Source: an uncultured Bacteroidaceae bacterium (GTDB lineage: Bacteria > Bacteroidota > Bacteroidia > Bacteroidales > SM23-62). From it: a stretch of 64,000 nt of DNA. A model generated the notes under the pieces. That model worked only from the letters and a program-made list of their open reading frames with translations. It ran no database searches and was not told where the DNA came from. The translations under genes and the position numbers were made by a program. The DNA is taken from assembly GCA_963767555.1 (NCBI GenBank), contig CAVYEL010000006.1, forward strand, positions 209,178 to 273,177, given 5' to 3'. This document shows positions 41,631 to 51,589 of the stretch, in pieces (within the stretch, counting starts at the first letter, position 1; every line of letters starts with the position of its first letter).

Positions 41631-41665
41631 AACCCGACCGGTATTCCGATCGGGTTGTTTTTTTT
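41631..41665 (+). terminator. rho-independent terminator after the yceI-like gene
   Basis: aacccgaccgg-tatt-ccgatcgggtt stem followed by GT8. The sequence is a near copy of the hairpin at 32818-32846. Confidence 0.6.
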
Positions 41666-41725
41666 GGCATTATTAAGTTGATTATTGTCAGAAAACTATA
41701 TATCTTACAATAAAACACAAGCATC

Positions 41726-42670
41726 ATGAAACGTAGAAATTTCATCAAGATCAGCGCCGCTGCCGGAATGGCTTTACAGTTCCCTGAAATCCTGGGGATG
41801 TACCAGGGGAATGGCGATATGCCACAGCGGATCCTGGGAAAAACCGGCGAGAAACTATCCATCGTTGGATTTGGTGGCATTGCCCTTAAGAATAATGGGC
41901 AGGAATTTGCCAATAAACTGATACCGGCAGCCTTCGATGCCGGAATCAACTATTTCGACGTTTCTCCCCGTTACGGAGATGCACAGGAAAGAATGGGACC
42001 CGCATTGAAAGAATATCGCAACAAAGTATTCCTGGCCTGTAAAACAAAATTCAGGGACAAAGGTGGGGCCATAGAAGATTTGCATAATTCCCTCAAATTA
42101 TTAAAAACCGATCATTTTGATCTTTATCAATTCCATTCGGTTGCCAGTCTCGAAGAAGTGGATCAGATATTCGGTCCCAATGGGGCAATGGAAACCTTTC
42201 TAAAGGCGAAAAAGGAAGGCAAGATAAGGCATTTCGGATTTTCTGCCCACGATGAGCAGGCTGCATTAAGGATGATGGAGTTGTTCGAATTTGACGCGAT
42301 CCTTTATCCCATTAATTGTGCATGCTGGAAAAATGGAAATTTTGGCCCCAAAGTTTACGAGACAGCCAAAAAACAGGATATGGGGATCCTCGCCATTAAG
42401 GCAATCGCAAAACACAGAGCCCCGGGAGCAGAAGCACTGTATCCAAATATGTTTTATAATCCCTTCAGTGAAGATGAAGAAATTGATAATGCCCTGAAAT
42501 TCACACTCTCAAAAGACATTACCGCAACCGTGCACGCGGGAGACAGCATATTCATGAAGAAAACACTGGATTTTGTTGGCAGGCATAAGGTAATAGAAAC
42601 TCCGGATGAGGATGTGATCAGCAAGATGGTGGAAGGGGTCATTCCTGTCTTTTCGAATAATTCGGCATAA
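41726..42670 (+). CDS. aldo/keto reductase with twin-arginine (TAT) signal
   Basis: Intact 314 aa. MKRRNFIKISAAAGMAL, then AKR motifs (GINYFDVSPRYGDAQ, DLYQFHS, IRHFGFSAH). Confidence 0.8.
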   Translation: MKRRNFIKISAAAGMALQFPEILGMYQGNGDMPQRILGKTGEKLSIVGFGGIALKNNGQEFANKLIPAAFDAGINYFDVSPRYGDAQERMGPALKEYRNKVFLACKTKFRDKGGAIEDLHNSLKLLKTDHFDLYQFHSVASLEEVDQIFGPNGAMETFLKAKKEGKIRHFGFSAHDEQAALRMMELFEFDAILYPINCACWKNGNFGPKVYETAKKQDMGILAIKAIAKHRAPGAEALYPNMFYNPFSEDEEIDNALKFTLSKDITATVHAGDSIFMKKTLDFVGRHKVIETPDEDVISKMVEGVIPVFSNNSA

Positions 42671-42762
42671 GCCCTTCCGAATAGGAATTAAGACCCCACC
42701 TTCAGGATCAAATAATTATATCCACCTTCTGTTCTGTCAGCTATATTGTCCCGGCTTTTCTA

Positions 42763-44230
42763 CTAAACAGAAGCAGGTGAAGGAATGTCAAATTCAGTCC
42801 TGCGTGGATCCGCAAGCAATTGGTTGGCTTTCGCTGAATGTTTACCAGTGAATTTTTCTGTTTCACCATCAAATTCCAGCCAGGGTCCAATCACATATTC
42901 GGCTTTGTCTTCCGGTACGCCCATGCCATCACGGGCAATGGCGTGAATTTTCATAAATTCTTCGTAGGCCAATGTATTGTCCCCGAATTTGCCGGCTTTT
43001 TCGTTAAAAGGTACTTTCTTACCCAGCCGGTAGGAAATATTCATAAGGTGTCCCATGGTAGTGCTGAAATGGGCATCTGCCATATTTCCGTTGGCCATCG
43101 AGGGATCGTTGGCACGACATGCGGCAACGAAACTTCCATAAGCCCCTCCCGGCCTGATCTCAACCTCTTTAATCTGGACATTACGAGGTTGACTGCCGTT
43201 ATGGGAAATGTATTCTCCGTCAATAAGCTTGCCACCATCCTCAAAATAAAAGCGGTTGGTCACTTCTCTCTGATATCCTTCGTAATTGACATTCCTGACA
43301 TTGAAGAAAACCTGTTGCCCGTTTTTAAATTCTGCAATGGCAAACATTGTATTGGGTGTCTCGCCCTGGTCGTCCCAGGAGAACCTTCCCCCCAGAGCCA
43401 TAACACGAACTGGATGCGTATTTTCAACCTCGGCATCAAGCGCCCAGTAAGCTACATCAAGTTGATGGGTTCCCTGGTTGTTCATCTCTCCATTTCCTGT
43501 TTTCCAGAACCAGTGCCAGTTATAATGTACTAGGTTCTTGTGGAAATTGTCAATATCGGCCGGCCCTTTCCAGATGTTCCAGTCCAGGTACTCCGGTGGG
43601 GTGGAATTGGACTGGAAACCAATGCCATCTCGTGGCTTACAGGCAAATCCATGAGACACTACCATTTTACCATACTTGCCAGAGCGAACATCGGAAACTT
43701 GCCTTGCCCATTCCGGGTCGCTTCGCCTCTGGGTGCCATGCTGAACAACGATACCGTATTTTTCTGCAGCAGCCAGTGCCACCCTGCCTTCATAAACATC
43801 ATGGCTTACGGGTTTTTCGACATAGCAGTGTTTTTTTGCCTGTGCGGCCCAGATGACCATAAGTGAGTGCCAGTGATTAGGCGTGGCCACGCTAATGGCA
43901 TCTATGTCTTTCATCTCAAGAACTTTGCGTACATCAGTCAGGCCTTTTGCCTTGTAATTTATACCCTCTCTTTCATTAAACTCGTTTACACGGTTCTCGA
44001 GAAGCTGACTGTCCGGATCAACAAGAAAGGCAACCTCCACATTTTCCTGTCCGCTGAATCCATTGATATGATTTTTACCACGGCCATTTAATCCACAAAC
44101 AGCTATCCGGAAACGGTCATTGGCTCCCAATAATTGAAGCATATGATTTGGGACTGAATCCTATCCCGCCAATGGTTATCCCTGCAGTACCAATAGCAGC
44201 CTTTTTGATAAAATTTCTTCTGTCTGTCAT
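42763..44230 (-). CDS. Gfo/Idh/MocA family oxidoreductase with TAT signal, one apparent frameshift at ~44140
   Basis: ATG 44230 gives MTDRRNFIKKAAIGTAGITIGG...SYASIIG. A GGG/GG indel joins it to ANDRFRIAVCGLNGRGKNH (Rossmann) in ORF 42763-44142, followed by EKP. Confidence 0.8.
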
Positions 44231-44391
44231 GTTTATGGTTATTACTATCTCACCAGAATTAGAGGATAAATTACCTGAATTGGAGTGAGATTGAAAATAA
44301 TCATAAAAATTAAGAAGAACAACAGGTCAGTGTTGACATTGAATATCAGCGACCTTTCTTGTTCCTATATTACAATACTACCCAAAGATGC

Positions 44392-45663
44392 TTACCGGGA
44401 CTTGAATGCTTGTTCCAGATCAGCAATGATATCATCAATATGTTCAATGCCAACGCTCAGGCGCAGTAAGTCCTGGGTTACTCCGGCGGTTGCCTGTTCT
44501 TCGACGGTCATCTGCCGGTGGGTAGTTGATGCAGGATGGCAGGCCAGTGATTTGGCATCACCTATATTCACCAGGCGTTTGAACAGTGTCAATGAATCAT
44601 AGAATTTCTCTGCCTTTTTGTATCCTCCTTTAATGCCAAATGTAAGGATGGCAGCTGGTTTCCCTCCACAATATTTTTTTGCCAGGGGGTAATATTCACT
44701 ACTTTTCAGTCCACCATACTGAACCCAGTCAACCTGCGGGTGTTTTTCCAGATAATCAGCAACTGCAACAGCATTCTCGCAATGCCTTTCCATTCTCAGG
44801 CTTAAGGTCTCCAGTCCCTGCAGGATCTGAAATGCACCCAGGGCAGATAATGCTGAACCGGTATTTCTGAGGGCAACGGTACGGACCCTTCCGATATATG
44901 CAGCCGGACCAAAGGCTTCGGTATATACCACACCATGATAGGATGGTTCAGGCGTATTCAACATCGGAAAGCGTTTTTTATGTTTTTCCCAGGGGAATTT
45001 TCCGGAGTCTACAATCACACCCCCCAATGTTGTTCCATGACCTCCGATGTATTTGGTCAGGGAATGGACTACAATATCAGCGCCATATTCAATGGGGTTG
45101 ATTAAGATCGGAGTGGCAACAGTGTTGTCCACAATTACCGGCACCCCTTTGGCATGAGCAGCCTTGGCTATTTTCTCAATATCGGTAATATTTCCTGCCG
45201 GATTGCCGATGGATTCACAAAACACCGCTTTGGTTTTATCATCGATCAATTTGGCAATGTCTTTCGCATCTGAAGATTCTGCGAACTTTACATTAATTCC
45301 CTGACTGGGGAGCATATGCGCAAATAGGGTATAAGTTCCGCCATACAATTGAGGTGTCGAAACAATGTTATCGCCGGCCACTGCAATATTGAGAATGGAA
45401 TAATTTATTGCAGCACTTCCGGCACTGACACATAATGCGGCTACTCCACCTTCCAATTCGGCAATTCTTTGTTCCAGAACATCAACTGTAGGGTTCATGA
45501 TCCGGCTGTAAATATTTCCGGTTACAGCCAGATTAAACAAATCGGCTCCATGTTGAGCATTGTCAAATTCATAAGCTACGGTTTGATATATGGGTACGGC
45601 AACTGATTTTGTCGTCGGTTCAGATTCATATCCACCGTGGATTGAGATGGTTTCTTTTTTCAT
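44392..45663 (-). CDS. metY: O-acetylhomoserine aminocarboxypropyltransferase (sulfhydrylase), PLP-dependent
   Basis: Intact 423 aa with the HSLTKYIGGHG PLP-lysine motif, N-terminal ETISIHGGY and C-terminal LLRLSVGIEHIDDIIADLEQA. Confidence 0.85.
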   Translation of the reverse strand: MKKETISIHGGYESEPTTKSVAVPIYQTVAYEFDNAQHGADLFNLAVTGNIYSRIMNPTVDVLEQRIAELEGGVAALCVSAGSAAINYSILNIAVAGDNIVSTPQLYGGTYTLFAHMLPSQGINVKFAESSDAKDIAKLIDDKTKAVFCESIGNPAGNITDIEKIAKAAHAKGVPVIVDNTVATPILINPIEYGADIVVHSLTKYIGGHGTTLGGVIVDSGKFPWEKHKKRFPMLNTPEPSYHGVVYTEAFGPAAYIGRVRTVALRNTGSALSALGAFQILQGLETLSLRMERHCENAVAVADYLEKHPQVDWVQYGGLKSSEYYPLAKKYCGGKPAAILTFGIKGGYKKAEKFYDSLTLFKRLVNIGDAKSLACHPASTTHRQMTVEEQATAGVTQDLLRLSVGIEHIDDIIADLEQAFKSR

Positions 45664-45918
45664 TGATATTTAGTTTATTTTTTTTTTGGAAAATAAACAT
45701 AAGATTCATACTAATAGAAACCAAACGGTAATGATTTTTTTGGATATGAATAAAAGAAGTATATAAATAAGGAAGGATACGAAGATACTGTTATAAGGGT
45801 CTTTAGGACTTGCTACAGCGCTATTTTATGGATTAGATTTTAATTATTCGACTGGGTATGTATACTCCCTTCAGGATCAGTCCGTCTGATGCATCTGAAT
45901 CCCCTGTCATCATCCATG

Positions 45919-46701
45919 TTAGTAGGGTTGAAATATAGTTTTTTTACACTTACTGAGGGTGGGTTTTACACTTCCGGCAATAACACCGCTGTATGTGGGT
46001 CCCCACCATCCTTTGGCTGTATTGCACCGGGTCCAGGAGCCACCTCGCAGAGCGACTACACTGTCACAGACCACTATAAATTCCCAAACATTCCCAACCA
46101 TATCATAGAGCCCATATGGATTGGGAGGTTTCTTGCCAACAGGTTTTGTACCGGTAACAGAATTTTCCCGGCACCATAAATAGTCAAGGTCAAATTCATC
46201 GCCCCAGTAGAATTTTGTCTCTGCATCAGCCTGGCAGGCATATAGCCATTCCGATTCTAAAGGTATTTCTACTCCGGCCCATTCCGTGTAGGCTTCGATA
46301 TCTGAATAGCTGATAAAAATGACCGGATGATTCCCCGATTGTTTGATCCCCGGGTTTCTCCAGGTAAACTTATCACCTGATTTTTCGGCATCAGTCAGGT
46401 AGCCGGTCTCCTTAACAAAATTGCTGAATTGCCGTACCGTTACCTCAGTTTGTCCCATCCAGAATCCATCCGAGATAATAAATTCCTTCTTCCTGAATGC
46501 GGTACTGTCTCCTATCTCAAATGGCTCTTCCAAAACAATTTTTCCCGGAGGTACCCATACAAATTTCATGTTGTCAACAGGATTGGTCCATACATGCGGA
46601 CCGGGGTCATTTACTGAAAGGAATAGTCCTGACATGATGATCAGCAGCATTATGAATAGCACATTTTTCATATCCATGAGATAATTAAATGATGATTTCA
46701 A
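45919..46701 (-). CDS. SUMF1/FGE-fold (formylglycine-generating enzyme family) exported protein
   Basis: Intact 260 aa with signal/TM. Contains FWMGQTEVTVRQF, HPVIFISYSDIEAY, GLYDMVGNVWEF and LRGGSW motifs. Confidence 0.7.
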   Translation of the reverse strand: MKSSFNYLMDMKNVLFIMLLIIMSGLFLSVNDPGPHVWTNPVDNMKFVWVPPGKIVLEEPFEIGDSTAFRKKEFIISDGFWMGQTEVTVRQFSNFVKETGYLTDAEKSGDKFTWRNPGIKQSGNHPVIFISYSDIEAYTEWAGVEIPLESEWLYACQADAETKFYWGDEFDLDYLWCRENSVTGTKPVGKKPPNPYGLYDMVGNVWEFIVVCDSVVALRGGSWTRCNTAKGWWGPTYSGVIAGSVKPTLSKCKKTIFQPY

Positions 46702-47149
46702 GACTGTTAGTACCGGATATTATTTCAAATGAACGAATGTCGGTAGGTGCCGGTCCTTTCCAGACTGTTCCATCCAGCGTGAAGATTGAATGGTTGTAGC
46801 TGTTGCATTGTAGCATCTTCCTCTCGGGTACATAGCTGAGTGCCTGCCCCCCGTGTGTGCATAACCTGGATAAGGCATAATAACTGTTCTTTTTCTCGCG
46901 AACCACAATCATCTTAACATCCTTCTCCGGGTAATCAACATATACAGCCTGACCGCTTTTATGAAGTGTCGAGGTCTTATCAAGATCAATAAGAACGCTG
47001 TTCTCTTTAAAAGTCAGACATTCTTTCTCAATTTCAGGAGTGATGCAACAGGTTGATTCAGGTGGATCATCTGCACCCACACTCCTGCACAAACAGATTG
47101 ATCCTGCCAGCAATACTGATTTTTGCAACATTTCTCTTCTATCCATCAT
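46685..47149 (-). CDS. Rieske-like [2Fe-2S] domain protein with TAT-like signal
   Basis: Intact 154 aa. MMDRREMLQKSVLLAGS. Box I is CTHGG. Box II reads CNSYNH, an atypical spacing. Overlaps the downstream FGE-like gene by 17 nt. Confidence 0.6.
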   Translation of the reverse strand: MMDRREMLQKSVLLAGSICLCRSVGADDPPESTCCITPEIEKECLTFKENSVLIDLDKTSTLHKSGQAVYVDYPEKDVKMIVVREKKNSYYALSRLCTHGGQALSYVPERKMLQCNSYNHSIFTLDGTVWKGPAPTDIRSFEIISGTNSLEIII

Positions 47150-47158
47150 ATGATAATT

Positions 47159-49551
47159 TTATTCATTTTTCAAAATCTCGGCGGGTTTTGTTTGAGCCGC
47201 TTTAAGTGTTTGGGAAGTAATGGTCAGAAGTCCAACGAAGACAACGATAAATACTCCCACCAGAATGGTACCGATCCCGAAATCCACCCTCTTCGTCAAA
47301 TACTGAAGCCATAAATTATTGACCAGATATGCAATGATGCCACCGATAACTGCAGCTATTAACATCAACCACAGGTAGGATTTTGAAACCAGGAATATAA
47401 TATGATTTGCTTCTGCACCGCATACTTTCCGGATGCCAATTTCCTTCATTCGTGTTTGTGTACTGTAGGTAGCCATTCCAAGCAGGCCGAATCCGGCAAT
47501 AATGATTGCCAGCAGTGTTGCAAAACCAACGGTATACATAATATCCTCAAAAAAGGTGTAGTAATATTTAATCCTGCCATCAAGGAAATCTCCATTAAGA
47601 TCATGGTATGGATCAATTTTTTCCCATGTTCTTTCCAGTTTACTGACCGTAGCAGGCATATCAGGTGAATCCAGCCGCAGGAAGGCATGATAATGGCTGC
47701 CAGGTACATATCTTAGCAGCAAAGGTTTCAGATTAAGAAATACTGCAGCGTACTGGTAATTCTTCATGATGCCTATTATTTCGACCATGGTTGAATCATT
47801 CAGGATCAGGGTGGTCCCAATAGCTTCCTGCGGAGTTCCCAACTGGAAATGTTCAACGGTCATTTCACTGGCAATTACAAATTTCTCATTTTCAGTACTC
47901 ATATTTTCAGGGAAATTCCTACCGGCAATCAATTCCAAACCCATGGTTTCAATATGATTTTCATCCACTGAAAAATAATTGGCATTATATTTTTCATCTT
48001 CTAGTTTTCAATCTTATATCAACCCCCCACATATTTCCTTCACCCGGAATATGTGATGATGCAGCTATATTAACCACTTCAGGTAGCTGGCTGTATTCAG
48101 CTTTCACCTTATCGAAATCTTTTCCCTGTAGATTTATATCATATACCACTTCAGCATCAAAACCCAAATCCGCATTGATCATGAAGTTCATTTGTCTGAA
48201 GATCAACAGAATTGAAATAATGAACACCATGGAGAATACAAACTGTGTAACAAGCAATATTTTCCTGAGGGTGATACGGCTGAAGAACCTGACGTTGGTA
48301 ATTCCCTTGAGTACAGATACCGGCTTAAAAGCGGAAATGAAAACGGCTGGCAAAACACCTGAGAGTATACCGGTAGCCAGGGCGAAAATCAAAAACCAGA
48401 GATATATTATTATATTTTGTTCCGGTCTGATCTCCATGAGGGACATCATTTGCATACCGGAGAAAGCTGGTAATAAATATTGTAAAAGGGCCACTGCCAG
48501 GAGCAATGAAATGATAGCAATTACTACTGCTTCAGGCAGAAACTGAATGATTACCTGGGATCTGTTGGCCCCAAATGTCTTTCTGACACCCACTTCTTTT
48601 GCTCTTAGCATGGACCGGGCTACTGAGAGGCTGGTATAATTAAATGCAGCAGAAATAATGATAACCAGGGCGAGTCCCCCCAGAAACAAAATGAATACTT
48701 TGGGTAGAAAAACGCCTATTTCATTGCCCAGTAAAGGGCCGGGGACGATTTTGTCAAGCGGCTGGAGATAGAAAGAGAAATTTGCTCATCATTGTCTTTG
48801 TACTTTTCAATACTGATCTGATCGAGTATCTGCTGTATGTTCCCAAGGTCAGAATCTTCGTGGAGGAGAAGATAGATCCAGCTTCCCCAGGAAGTTTCCC
48901 AGTTGTTAACAAATCTTGGTTCATCCTTTTTTTGATCAAGGATTTCAAGGGTAGATTGGGAGATCAATGCTTCAAACTGGATGTGAGATTTTTCCTTCGT
49001 TTCCGCTATGATACCTTTCACCTCATATGCTCCGAGTGTATCGATCTCAATAAACTTTCCAATGGGATCCTCATCGCCAAAAAACTTGTCGGCGGTCTCC
49101 CTGCGTCAGCACCATTGTATATGGTTCGTCCAGAATTCCCTCCGCAGAACCATCCTGCTAACTGAAAATCAAATACATCAAAGAATGCAGAGCTGGTATA
49201 TAAACCATTAATATCCAGGCGTGTATCATTATACAGCCCTTCCCCTCCGAAAGTATTATTCAGAATAACCACCTTCTCTGCAATGGCATAATTATCCCTA
49301 AGCTCTATACCCAGTGCATAAGGATTGGAAGCCATTTTCAGGGGAATATCTGATAAACTATCAACCTGTTGGATCCTGTAGATCCTCTCCTTTTTCGTAT
49401 GAATCTCATCATAGGAATACTGGTCCATTATGACCACAATGATCAGCATGCAAACCGACATACTTAAGGATAATCCAAAAATATTAATCAATGAAAATCC
49501 TTTATATCTGATGACATTCCTGAAGGCAGTAATAAGGTAATTTCTTATCAT
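47159..49551 (-). CDS. FtsX/MacB-type ABC transporter permease (about 790 aa), at least 5 apparent frameshifts
   Basis: N-terminus MIRNYLITAFRNVIRYKGFSLINIFGLSLSM. Two FtsX-type 4-TM modules (RAKEVGVRKTFGA..., RMKEIGIRKVCGA...). Pieces 49018-49551, 48716-49021, 47994-48689 and 47159-47968, plus two short frames at 49080-49160, are collinear. Confidence 0.8.
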
Positions 49552-49560
49552 GATGAAATA

Positions 49561-51456
49561 CTATTTATCTACGAAAAGCTTAAGGCGAGATGGGTATTTT
49601 CGGTTATGATGCACACGATGATGTTGTGCTTTGTAAGCGTCAGGTGGAGCCGACATGATCGACGGTACATAGGTCTGCGGGTTCAGGTCATATAAGGGGA
49701 ACCACGTACTCTGAACCTGGACCATGATTCGATGTCCGGGCTGGAAGGTATGGTTCAGGTGGGGCAATGGAATAGCATATTCCAGCACCTGGTCTGGCTC
49801 AAGAGGTGCCGGATTATCGTAATCCTCGCGATAGCGGCCCCGGAAGATATCAGCGCTCACCATGAGTTGATAGCCTGACATCACGAATGACTGATCATCA
49901 TCAGGATATACGTCGATAAGCTTCACTACCCAATCAGCATCGCTTCCTGTAGTTTCGGCGAGCAGCTGGGCGGTCACCGGTCCCCGGACAGTTAAGGGTT
50001 CCGAAAGCGGTTCACTGACCCAGGTTGCTACGTCAGGCCGGCCATCTACGAAGCGTTGGTCCTCCACGAGCCAACGGCGCCATTCTGCAATAGCGGGTGG
50101 ATTGTCGTACTCTATCCCCCAGTTGGGTCTGGGTTCGTAGGGTACCGGCTTACTCGGGTCGGAGATGTATTCTGTAAAAGACAGGTCGGCTTCCGGTGGT
50201 GTAAATGCCAGTCCCCCTTCAGGCTGCAGGTATACCTCGATTTGCTCATCGGTCGGGGGCCATTGATCGAAACTTCGCCAGCGGTTAGTGCCTGTTTCAA
50301 ACACAGTGACCGGTGCAGGCAGCTTCACATCATCCCCGTGCAGATAACGGCGAAGAAAAGGTGCCAGGACTTCCTTGCGGAACCGCTTCGCGGTGTTCTC
50401 ATCGAAATCCAGAGCACCAAGACTGCTTCCATCATCAAAATGCTGACCATGGTACCAGGGACCGGCAGCAAAGAAGTTCAATTCATTGGTCTCGTCATGC
50501 CGTTCGAGCACTTCATATACGGCTGGAGAACCATAAATATCTTCCTGATCCCAGAACCCGTGCACATGTAATGCTGGCACAATACGCGGTGGTGAATCGA
50601 ACCAGCGGTCAGCGGCAACTTCACGCCAATAAGGGCCATAGCTTGGATTTTCCATCAAACGTGGCCACATTTCATGCCTATCGTCAAGAAGTGCACCGAG
50701 TCCAGTACCTGCCGCCCCCTTCCCGAGCGTCCAGGTATAGATGTCCTGATTCTCGTAAGGATAAGGTGTAGTTTCATCTGTCCTGGATTCCATCTCATAG
50801 ATGAACGAGAATGCGTAGGTCCCACGAAATGCCCCCCAATGGAACCAATCGTCGGCCTTCCATACATCAACGACTGGATTCATTGGTACGGCAGCAGCGA
50901 GTGCCGGATGCGGATTGCGCATGGCCGCCAGTGTCAGCCAGCCAGGGTAGGAGGTGCCCCAGACACCGACCCGGCCGTTTGAGGGCACGTTATTTACCAG
51001 CCAGTCTATGGCATCCCAGGCATCTGTTGTCTCATCGGTCTCAGTCTTATTATAGGTCCCCCGGGGTGCACGGTACATGGCGTAATCACCTTCCGAATTA
51101 AAGCGGCCCCGGATGTCCTGAATAGCATATATGTATTCGTTGCCCAGAAACATGTTGCCAAGTGTGACCGCAAGCCTGGAGGTGGGACGGTCTCCAATTA
51201 TGCGGCTAGCATTATATGGAGTGCGCTCAATTATGATGGGCAATGGTTTTGTAGAATTTTTTGGCGTCAGGATAACGGTGTATAGCCTGACCCCGTCCCG
51301 CATGGGCACCATCTCTTCGCGAACTTCGAAATCGTCATGTTGGACCGATTCGCGAAGAGCCTTCTGCGCTGAAACCTGGGTATGCAGAAAGAGTAAGCAG
51401 GTAAGGAGGCAGGGAATAAAGGCCGACGTGATTGGCCTGAAATTAAGTACTTTCAT
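49561..51456 (-). CDS. CocE/NonD family hydrolase (peptidase S15-like)
   Basis: Intact. ATG 51456 (MKVLNF... signal peptide) is preferred over TTG 51498. Contains the TPYNA and GVWGTSYPGW serine-nucleophile contexts, and a C-terminal beta-sandwich domain. Confidence 0.8.
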   Translation of the reverse strand: MKVLNFRPITSAFIPCLLTCLLFLHTQVSAQKALRESVQHDDFEVREEMVPMRDGVRLYTVILTPKNSTKPLPIIIERTPYNASRIIGDRPTSRLAVTLGNMFLGNEYIYAIQDIRGRFNSEGDYAMYRAPRGTYNKTETDETTDAWDAIDWLVNNVPSNGRVGVWGTSYPGWLTLAAMRNPHPALAAAVPMNPVVDVWKADDWFHWGAFRGTYAFSFIYEMESRTDETTPYPYENQDIYTWTLGKGAAGTGLGALLDDRHEMWPRLMENPSYGPYWREVAADRWFDSPPRIVPALHVHGFWDQEDIYGSPAVYEVLERHDETNELNFFAAGPWYHGQHFDDGSSLGALDFDENTAKRFRKEVLAPFLRRYLHGDDVKLPAPVTVFETGTNRWRSFDQWPPTDEQIEVYLQPEGGLAFTPPEADLSFTEYISDPSKPVPYEPRPNWGIEYDNPPAIAEWRRWLVEDQRFVDGRPDVATWVSEPLSEPLTVRGPVTAQLLAETTGSDADWVVKLIDVYPDDDQSFVMSGYQLMVSADIFRGRYREDYDNPAPLEPDQVLEYAIPLPHLNHTFQPGHRIMVQVQSTWFPLYDLNPQTYVPSIMSAPPDAYKAQHHRVHHNRKYPSRLKLFVDK

Positions 51457-51589
51457 TTGAACACCTGAGGATCCTTTCTTTGTTTTTGGGTACTCCAATA
51501 AAAATACAATCTTTTTAGATAGGATTAGTAAAAGTACTGACCAGATTTATTCAGGAATACCTATCTTACTAAATCATTCAAAGTGAAAA

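Noticed and set aside
40940-41632. 230-aa ORF covering the whole yceI-like gene on the opposite strand
   Set aside because: The product is Ser/Pro/Leu-rich and low in complexity, as is typical of the antisense frame of a real gene. The + strand product has clear YceI motifs.
42838-43533. 231-aa + strand ORF inside the Gfo/Idh/MocA gene
   Set aside because: It is antisense to a well-supported oxidoreductase, has no recognisable motifs and has no independent start context.
45664-45918. Possible SAM riboswitch in the 255-nt leader upstream of metY
   Set aside because: I read the minus strand and found no recognisable SAM-I or SAM-II conserved core, only AT-rich sequence and weak hairpins. A covariance-model scan (Rfam/Infernal) would be the decisive test.
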